The notes beneath the pieces are model-generated. The model saw only the letters and a list, made by a program, of their open reading frames with translations. It did not search any database and was not told the DNA's origin. Source: an uncultured virus (IMG/VR IMGVR_UViG_2049941000_000086) (lineage: Duplodnaviria > Heunggongvirae > Uroviricota > Caudoviricetes). Taken from it: DNA of 20,000 nt. Shown piece by piece: positions 13,179-20,000 of the stretch. The stretch lies in the IMG/VR virus record IMGVR_UViG_2049941000_000086. The stretch is one strand, 5' to 3'. How positions within the stretch are numbered: the first letter of the stretch is position 1; every line of letters begins with the position of its first letter. A program made the translations under genes and the position numbers.

Positions 13179-13584
13179 CGTCCTGCCCTCCTTTCAGCGC
13201 GGCTTCGGCTTCTTCGTGGCCTAGAACATCGAATCTTTCCCCGATCTCGAAGTCGTAGAACGCCGCATAATCGTCGGTTCCTGGATTGCCGCAACGGAAG
13301 AGCGTTCCCGCTTTGTGTCCGAGTTCAACCGTCTGTATAGTGAAAATGTGGTCGGCAATCTTATCCCGAACCTTATCCCCAACCTTGCACGGCAGAATCA
13401 CCAGCCGTCCCTGTTCCTCCGCGTCCGCGTATGGCTTTAGCTTTTCGTACAGATCAAGCACTCTTTCGGATTTTTCTTTGAACTCTTCCGGCGAAAGCTC
13501 GATATCTTCATAAGCGGCGAGCTTTTCAAGGACATCTTGATAGGTCATTACCGCCCCATTAGGGTAGCGTTTTGTCAGTCTCAT
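13168..13584 (-). CDS. Phage protein (RLT...LAAYED...GRLVILPCKVGD family)
   Basis: ATG 13584 overlaps the upstream stop; pattern typical of clostridial phages. Confidence 0.8.
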   Translation of the reverse strand: MRLTKRYPNGAVMTYQDVLEKLAAYEDIELSPEEFKEKSERVLDLYEKLKPYADAEEQGRLVILPCKVGDKVRDKIADHIFTIQTVELGHKAGTLFRCGNPGTDDYAAFYDFEIGERFDVLGHEEAEAALKGGQDDGT

Positions 13585-14033
13585 TCGTCCTTCCCTCCAT
13601 TCATCGGTCTGTAGTCTTGGCACGGATAATCTGCACGTTGCCTTTCTTCAAGGTTTTTATATGGGCATTTCAACACCCTGTCCTCGTGTATGTGGGCCGT
13701 ACAGTAAACACCTTCGTTATCTTCATCCTGCCAAACGCACCATTTCCAACCTTCCATCCGCGCCCCGCAGAACTGGCAATAGTGAGACGGCGTTTGCTGT
13801 TCTTTCCCACACTCGGAGCACTGGTAGTACGCAACTCCGCACAGGTCAAAATCAAGCGGCTGTTCAATCCATCGACCATGCCTCACTTCCACAACATCGG
13901 CGGAGGGTGCGCTCTCATACACGGCAGTTACCGTCTTCTCCAAATCTCCGTTGGTCTCCCGGCTGAAGCCAAGCCCTTCGAGAATCATCCACGCCGACTT
14001 AATGGCTACTTCCTGTGTCATTTGCTTCTTCAT
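13581..14033 (-). CDS. Zinc-ribbon phage protein
   Basis: PSADVVEVRHGRWI...CSECG...YCQFCGARM. Confidence 0.8.
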   Translation of the reverse strand: MKKQMTQEVAIKSAWMILEGLGFSRETNGDLEKTVTAVYESAPSADVVEVRHGRWIEQPLDFDLCGVAYYQCSECGKEQQTPSHYCQFCGARMEGWKWCVWQDEDNEGVYCTAHIHEDRVLKCPYKNLEERQRADYPCQDYRPMNGGKDE

Positions 14034-14039
14034 CGTCTC

Positions 14040-14351
14040 TTACTCCCTCCACGGCACGACCCGTACCTTCACCGTCACGATCCGCAGTTCCGGGTTCACT
14101 TCCGATTCTTCCGTCTCCACTCCGCAGTAACCGTCGTCGATCAGCAGTTCCGCCAACCCAACCGCCAGTTGCCGCTTCGTGATTCTCTCCGCTTCTTCAA
14201 CGTCGCCTATCGTCTGATACGCGCCCCTTGCGCACAGCGTCACCGGCATCGCTTGGTACACGTTCACAGGATACGGAACCGTCTCCGTCTCCGGAAGCCC
14301 CAGCCTCCGGCACACCCACCGCCGTATCTTCCGCTTCGTCTCCAGCTTCAT
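14040..14351 (-). CDS. Hypothetical phage protein
   Basis: MKLETKRKIRRW...; ATGA overlap. Confidence 0.7.
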   Translation of the reverse strand: MKLETKRKIRRWVCRRLGLPETETVPYPVNVYQAMPVTLCARGAYQTIGDVEEAERITKRQLAVGLAELLIDDGYCGVETEESEVNPELRIVTVKVRVVPWRE

Positions 14352-14515
14352 TTTCTCACCGCCATTATCAGATACAGCACCCCCAAAGCTATCCAATACC
14401 CACCCAGGCTAACGAATAACCTGAACCATTTTTCTTTCTTTGCGAAGAATGAGGCCAAGAAAGACAGACCACCAAGAGCGGCGTCAATAATCGCAAAAAT
14501 CATATCAAGTTCCAT
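14348..14515 (-). CDS. Small two-TM membrane protein
   Basis: Two hydrophobic segments separated by KKEKW. Confidence 0.7.
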   Translation of the reverse strand: MELDMIFAIIDAALGGLSFLASFFAKKEKWFRLFVSLGGYWIALGVLYLIMAVRK

Positions 14516-14789
14516 TGTTCCCTCGCCCAATCGCAGACAGGATGGCGTCCGTCATCACCTTGTCCATATCCACTTGCCCCACCACAGGGAAATGCTCCCG
14601 GTCGTTCTCCAAGTCGTGCGTGTAGAAGGAGGCTTTTGAAACCTTCCACTTTCCGCTGTATGGATAAAGCATCAGCTTGTAGCCATAGGACGTTGCTGAC
14701 CGCATTCCCTTCGCAGGTATCGAGCCTTGGTAGACAAAGTACGTCTCATGTCCCGCCCACAGGTTGCGGAATATCGTTCCCTTTTTCAT
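14505..14789 (-). CDS. Hypothetical phage protein
   Basis: 94 aa, GAGGTG RBS, starts 4 nt after the PurA-like stop. Confidence 0.8.
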   Translation of the reverse strand: MKKGTIFRNLWAGHETYFVYQGSIPAKGMRSATSYGYKLMLYPYSGKWKVSKASFYTHDLENDREHFPVVGQVDMDKVMTDAILSAIGRGNNGT

Positions 14790-14792
14790 CGT

Positions 14793-15959
14793 TCACACCT
14801 CGATCACTTCACACGGGGAGAACGACCTGTAATCCCCACCGGCATCGTCACATTCGTTGCAGTGCGTGACCGCCATAGAGAAGCCGTAATTTCTTCCGTT
14901 CTCTTCTTTTGCAAAGTCCCGCTCTGCTGCCTGTGTGATCTTCTTCATGTTCGACAGAGCGTAACGGAGATTGCCTTGGAAAGGGTTATACGGATTCGTG
15001 CGATCTATGATTTGGATTCCCGGCTCTGCCAACTCGTTCAACGTGGCCCTTTCGACTTCGCTCTGAAGGGGCCCGTTTCCGTGCCGCGTGATATATGGCC
15101 TCGTAACGTAGCAGACCTCCGCGAAGAAATCGTTGTAATCGGAAAGCATCATCGCCGGATTGTGAAGCCCGGTCTTGGAAGTGGTGGTCCACCCGTTTTC
15201 TTCTTTCCGGTCTTTGTCCAGCAGGATTCCTTGAGCGCCCTCGAATATGACGGAATCGTAGCGCCTCCATATCTCGTCGAATTTCTGGCATCTGGCCGCT
15301 TCGCAGAATCGGTCCAGATCGTCCCAAAAGTGTGAGCACATCCCTTTCCAACGCTCGGACGCTTCCGAAATGTACGGCTCCCATTTCTGGACCATGCCGA
15401 TGTCTACGTGAAATTCTTTGAGCCTCCACACGAGCCATTTGTGCAGGCTGCTCATTTTCTGCCAGTAGTCACCGTCGAGAAACTGACTGACTGTATAAGC
15501 GAGGTCCGGCCTCTGCGATATACGATCTGTCGTACTCCAGCTTCCGTAGCAGCAGCTACCGTATTCCCTAGCCCCGGACTTCACGGCGATATAGTCCTCG
15601 ATGATTTGGTCGGCCAGCATGTCCACCGGCGTAACTACCACGCACCCAGGGTCACAGTAAACTTCCGGAACGTATTGAAGCTCGTCCAGCTCGCGGCAGA
15701 AGTCCATCGGATGCACCAGGAAGGAGGCGGCGTAGAATGTTGCGCCGCCGTCCTTCGCACCGGCTCCGAAGTTGTGGAAGATGTGTCTGCTTCCGTCCTC
15801 GTAGTCGGCGGTGTGTCCTCTCTGTGCGGTGCCGTTGTGAAACACCGTGATTGGGTGTTTCCCGTTGTTGACAAACTTCTTTGTGAAGTAGCGGGACATA
15901 AGGCCCTTTCCTTCGTCTCCGTAATTGGCTCCGATTACGATTTTCACATTATGCTGCAC
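14793..15959 (-). CDS. Adenylosuccinate synthetase (PurA)-like protein, divergent
   Basis: IGANYGDEGKG, NGTAQRGHT, FEGAQGILLD, TRPYITRHGNGP. The TKLD motif appears as THCN and the C-terminus is short. GTG start with AAGGAGG. Confidence 0.88.
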   Translation of the reverse strand: MQHNVKIVIGANYGDEGKGLMSRYFTKKFVNNGKHPITVFHNGTAQRGHTADYEDGSRHIFHNFGAGAKDGGATFYAASFLVHPMDFCRELDELQYVPEVYCDPGCVVVTPVDMLADQIIEDYIAVKSGAREYGSCCYGSWSTTDRISQRPDLAYTVSQFLDGDYWQKMSSLHKWLVWRLKEFHVDIGMVQKWEPYISEASERWKGMCSHFWDDLDRFCEAARCQKFDEIWRRYDSVIFEGAQGILLDKDRKEENGWTTTSKTGLHNPAMMLSDYNDFFAEVCYVTRPYITRHGNGPLQSEVERATLNELAEPGIQIIDRTNPYNPFQGNLRYALSNMKKITQAAERDFAKEENGRNYGFSMAVTHCNECDDAGGDYRSFSPCEVIEV

Positions 15960-15974
15960 AACGGCACCCTCCTT

Positions 15975-16771
15975 TTACCAACTGATCCCGTCCGACGGGG
16001 TGGCGAACACCGTCTCTCCCGCGCCAGTATTCCCGGACACGATTTCCGCGATGGTAGCCGCCAGCTCGTCGATGGTGCAGACGTGGTAGTTCTGACCCAG
16101 CAGGCCCTTCCAGGAATTGTCCACGCGGTTTTCGCGGTTGTTCCTGAAATATGAACTATGGCGGTCATTCACGGAAATGTGATGGATTTCATATTTCTCG
16201 GAAGCCTCCTCGTACAGGCCGCCGGTTTCGATGTCCTCCTGATTCTCGTCACCGACGTACTTGGTGAGCATCGGCGCTTGCAGGTACGGGTTGAGCTGTT
16301 CATCGCCCAGCGTGATGATGATGCCGCGCTTTCCGCGCTTCCAGCAGTCCAGCTTGCAGTGATTGACGCCCATGTACCACGCTGCCGTGTAGGACTCCCA
16401 CTTGTTGCCGCCGCCTCCTCCTTCAAACCACACCTTGTCGAGCTGTTCCGCAATACGAATGTCGGACTCGAACTGGGAGATCTGAATGGGTGCCCGGTCA
16501 CAGTAGAGGTCTCCAACTGCCATGACGCAGAATTCCACGTCAGGAATATCTTTGTCATCGTAGAGGTCCCCCATGATGACCCCCAGCTTCTTTGCGACCT
16601 CTGTGGCCGCCATTCCCATAGAGCCGGTTACGTCAAGGGCGAGGATCACCGGAAGGGTGTGGGGATGTTCTTCGGTATCGCAGCACTCGCGCATCACGTT
16701 CTTGGGGTTCAGCTCTTTGTCCAGGGCGCGAGCCTTATACACTTCCTGCGTGTTCAGGGTGCTCGCTGCAT
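15975..16771 (-). CDS. vWA (MIDAS) domain protein; true start lies in the N gap
   Basis: VILALDVTGSMG, FEGGGGGN..ESY, IITLGDE. The frame stays open (AASTLNTQEVYKAR) up to the Ns at 16772. Confidence 0.88.
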
Positions 16772-16789
16772 NNNNNNNNNNNNNNNNNN

Positions 16790-17428
16790 NNACTCGTCCG
16801 CTCCTTCCGCGTCAGTGTCGGCACTTTCTGCGCCGCCGTCGCCATCTTCGCTGTCAAAGTCGAAGATCCCGTCCAGAATGCCGGAGAATCCGCCGCCCCC
16901 GTTCATGAGCATANNNNNNNNNNNNNNNNNNNNNAGCATCATGTTCATGTTCCCAAGACCGCCGCTCGCCGCATTCCCACCGTACCCCTTCATAATTTCG
17001 GAAAGCATCATGTAGGACATGAGCTTGTTCATGCCCACCTTCCCATTGCCGAAGTCGTTGCCGAACATGGAGACGATCTTCCCGTAGAAGTAGGTGTTTC
17101 CCATGAAGACGTGGCGCTCAGGGAGAAGATCCTGAACCGTGGAGTCCTCGTAGTTGATGACCTTGATCGTGTCCTTGCCGACGGAAACGACGCACTTGGG
17201 CTTCCCGGACGCGATGATGATATCTCCGGGTTCCACCTTGTTCGTGGGGATCACGAAGAAAAACTCCTCCCCCACGTTGAAGACGAAGTTGCTGCAATTC
17301 GTCAGCTTGTTCGTCTTCAGATTGTAGGTCTTGTAACCGCCGCTGGTCTTGACCGCGATGCCCCCGTTCATGGACAGGCGGCACATGCCGCTGGCTACCT
17401 TACCGAACATGCCGTTGAACAATTCCAT
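16790..17428 (-). CDS. Hypothetical protein with a beta-rich N-domain and a Met/Gly/Asn-rich then acidic tail
   Basis: AAGGAGG RBS. Reads through the 21-N gap in frame and ends ...AEGADE followed by T+NN (probable stop). Confidence 0.8.
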
Positions 17429-17486
17429 TTTTCTGTTCCTCCTTTTTTATCGTGAACCGATGCCGGATACGACCGGCACCGTATCG

Positions 17487-18008
17487 TCACCACACAAACT
17501 CCGGGTGCGCCGCCATGAACGGCTTCACTACTTCGGTAATAGCGTTCTCGGCTATGTACTCCTCTTTGAAGTACACAACTCCTTCAACGTGGTAAACATC
17601 GTTGTAGGAGACATAAAGGACGCTGTTTTGCGTATCGAGATAAATGTAGTAGTGGGCTTGGATATTCTGAGAATCCCAAGCATTTTCACCGCCGTGCATC
17701 TCGCTGTACCGCCACAGCAGCCGGTTCAGCGTCTCGTGCAGCGCCCGCTGCTCCATCATTCCCTTGTCGCGGCAGTAGTTGCCAATAGCGTAGAGCTCTT
17801 CATCCGTAGGCGAGTTGGTATCAGCACTCATGGTAGACACCCGGCCATTGCCGTTGATAAGAAAGTAGCGTTCGTTGCGTACTCGACCAAACGGCTCCTT
17901 GAGATCCTCTCTCTTTTTCTTTTCCTGCGCCGCTACTTCCGCCTTGATCTTCTCCGCCAGATCGTCGCTCAGCTCGTACTCTTTCCCGTCTATGATGATC
18001 TTGTTCAT
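17487..18008 (-). CDS. Hypothetical phage protein
   Basis: 173 aa, ATGA overlap; D..LY.IGNY...A pattern. Confidence 0.8.
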   Translation of the reverse strand: MNKIIIDGKEYELSDDLAEKIKAEVAAQEKKKREDLKEPFGRVRNERYFLINGNGRVSTMSADTNSPTDEELYAIGNYCRDKGMMEQRALHETLNRLLWRYSEMHGGENAWDSQNIQAHYYIYLDTQNSVLYVSYNDVYHVEGVVYFKEEYIAENAITEVVKPFMAAHPEFVW

Positions 18009-18298
18009 TCGCTTGATCCCCGCCTTTCCAAAAGTTTATTTATCAGGTGGTACACGCCGTAGAATGGAAGCACGACGATTCCCATTGACGCCAGGAACGG
18101 CCAAAGTGCAAGGAACAGCATCGCCGTCCCCTCATCTTCTCGCCAGAACCACCTCCAACTTTCACACCGCCAGTCGCCATCCAGTCCGTCGCATATCTTC
18201 GCCGCCGCCACGAAGACCAGGAAGCCCACAAACGCATACACCGGCAGCCCCACTATCACCGCCAAAAGTATCAGAAGTATCTTCATCACTCTCTCCAC
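18005..18298 (-). CDS. Membrane protein (2 TM)
   Basis: Two long hydrophobic segments; start at 18298 or 18286. Confidence 0.7.
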   Translation of the reverse strand: MERVMKILLILLAVIVGLPVYAFVGFLVFVAAAKICDGLDGDWRCESWRWFWREDEGTAMLFLALWPFLASMGIVVLPFYGVYHLINKLLERRGSSE

Positions 18299-19209
18299 GG
18301 CTCCATCGTCACATAGGCGTCTTCCGGCTGCTCAGTGTCGTACCGGCCCAGCCACGCCCTCGGCTTCCCACCGTCGTAGTCCGCCGGGATCTCAATGACG
18401 TACATGCCCTTGTCGGCATCGTCTCTGTCCGACAGCGTAACCAGCATACCGCCCCAGTGGTCTCCCCCGCTGTGAATCTCCAGCCGAGGCCGCGTCATCG
18501 CCGGGATCTTATCGTCCCCGCTTCCGTGAAATACGTCGCGCAGGCTCAGTTCGCGCTTCGCCCTCACCGTCAGCACTCCCGCGCTGTTCCTGATCTTGAA
18601 CTCCTTGGCTTCCACTTTCTCCTCCTTGATCTCCGCTTCGTGCTGTGCCTTGCGTTTCGTTACCAGCTCCAACCCCCGCGTGTCCCAGGTGTAGCCACCG
18701 CCCCAATATAGCTTTACGCCCTCCCCAGTAAAGAGGTCATTGATAACCCTCTCGACTTCAAGCGTCCTGCCAACATACTCTTTCATCCTCGCCGTCCAGC
18801 CACCGCAGTAATCTTTGATACCGCTGCCGTCCAGAACCCGCACCAGGTCCCCAGCTTCAATCTTCTCCCAGTCTTTCATCTTCCGCTTCTCCCCCTTCTT
18901 CGGCTCCGCTACCCGTTTCCACTCGCAGTTTCCGTAACTCTCCGCCTTGAATGATTCCAGATAGTTCACAAGCGTCTTATCATGCGCTTTCCGGCAGGAC
19001 ACCAGCATCTGCGCCCACTCCGGCACTTTCTCGCGTTCCTCTCGCGCCAGCGCCATGCTCGGCAGCGGGTGCATCTTCAGCGCCGGTATCTTCTTCAATT
19101 CCTTTACCCGCCGTTCATAGTTCTTGCCGCCGTAATCCCGGTCCTTGTAGATCAAAGACCGACTGTTGTAATTCAGCCGTACCCAGTAATACGTCCGCTC
19201 CCGCCAATC
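18286..19209 (-). CDS. Hypothetical phage protein; 5' end in the N gap
   Basis: The frame is open beyond the listed TTG up to the gap (DWRERTYYWVRLNYNSRSLIYKD...). SH3/KOW-like GDLVRV segment. Confidence 0.7.
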   Translation of the reverse strand, partial: DWRERTYYWVRLNYNSRSLIYKDRDYGGKNYERRVKELKKIPALKMHPLPSMALAREEREKVPEWAQMLVSCRKAHDKTLVNYLESFKAESYGNCEWKRVAEPKKGEKRKMKDWEKIEAGDLVRVLDGSGIKDYCGGWTARMKEYVGRTLEVERVINDLFTGEGVKLYWGGGYTWDTRGLELVTKRKAQHEAEIKEEKVEAKEFKIRNSAGVLTVRAKRELSLRDVFHGSGDDKIPAMTRPRLEIHSGGDHWGGMLVTLSDRDDADKGMYVIEIPADYDGGKPRAWLGRYDTEQPEDAYVTMEPWRE

Positions 19210-19210
19210 C

Positions 19211-19455
19211 NNNNNNNNNNNNNNNNNNNNNNNNNNNNNNNNNNNNNNNNNNNNNNNNNNNNNNNNNNNNNNNNNNNNNNNNNNNNNNNNNNNNNNNNNN
19301 NNNNNNNNNNNNNNNNNNNNNNNNNNNNNNNNNNNNNNNNNNNNNNNNNNNNNNNNNNNNNNNNNNNNNNNNNNNNNNNNNNNNNNNNNNNNNNNNNNNN
19401 NNNNNNNNNNNNNNNNNNNNNNNNNNNNNNNNNNNNNNNNNNNNNNNNNNNNNNN
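19211..19455. other. Assembly gap (other gaps at 16772-16791 and 16914-16934)
   Basis: Runs of N. Confidence 1.
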
Positions 19456-20000
19456 CCCACGCCATCACGCGGCGGTAAGTTCCGGCAGCTACCGAACGGT
19501 TGCGTGGCGGTAATGGCAGTCCAGTCTTCCGCCTGCCCTTTCTTTGCCGAACGGTTATACGGCGGAAAGGGCTTCGGGCGTGGCCGGGTCCGGCCGGGGG
19601 TCTCCGTCTGTAAACCGGGGGGCCTGGTCCGGTGTGATCCGTTGCCGTTATAGGCATAAGGGCAACGCCTCCGGGCCTGCTGCCGGGGCCGGTCTGGGCC
19701 TGCGGTCCGTGCCTGCTGCGGGCCGGGGCCGGGGTCCGGCTGCGGAGGATAGAGGCTGCAGAACAGGGGCCGGGCGGGGCTGCTTTTTCCCGCTGCCGGT
19801 TTTCGTGCTGCGGCTTCCGTTTCGGTCCTCCGGTCCGGCTGCGGTTCCGGTCCGGTCCGGTCCGGTGCTGCGGTATCGGTCCGGTTGCGGTGCTTGTCCG
19901 GCTGCGGTACTGTTACGGAATGTCAACGGGTGCCGGGGCCCGCTCGCGTTACGTTCCGGGCGCGGCTGCGGGCGTGCGTCCTCGCGTGCGTGCGCGGGAG
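19456..20000. repeat. Very GC-rich, A-poor low-complexity region with CCGGT/CCGGG/GCTGCGG units
   Basis: Tandem CCGGT at about 19846-19866 and many CCGG(G/T) copies. Confidence 0.7.

Noticed and set aside
14793..15959. PurZ / Z-genome pathway
   Set aside because: The Asp in GDEGKG is retained, and no DatZ or MazZ is recognisable in the window.
16742..16791. ORF-track boundaries (vWA start at 16742, upstream gene end at 16754)
   Set aside because: These are artefacts of the 20-N gap, which is probably longer in reality.

Overview
Segment of a temperate phage genome, probably infecting Clostridia/Bacillota, in excised (attP-intact) form. It starts with the 3' end of a tyrosine integrase (+), followed by an attP made of the 3' half of tRNA-Ala(GGC), flanking arm-type repeats and a terminator. 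The rest is a tightly overlapped minus-strand accessory region of about 45 small genes. It includes two beta-class DNA methyltransferases, one split by an (AG)10 tract and an A7 tract. It also has two Lar-like Zn proteins, a clear Tad1 anti-Thoeris sponge and a DUF1653 protein. Two regions stand out. (i) A ~1.75 kb ORF-free RNA island (4605-6352, plus a satellite at 7445-7718) holds two tRNAs that both carry C33, four tRNA-shaped RNAs with an enlarged, ablated or aberrant anticodon arm, a pseudoknot array, a double T-loop domain and repeated hairpin leaders. (ii) A three-gene module (14793-17428) encodes a Met/Gly-tailed protein, a vWA protein and a divergent adenylosuccinate-synthetase-like enzyme that is neither canonical PurA nor PurZ. 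Three N gaps limit some calls. All family assignments are from motif recognition by eye; no searches were run.
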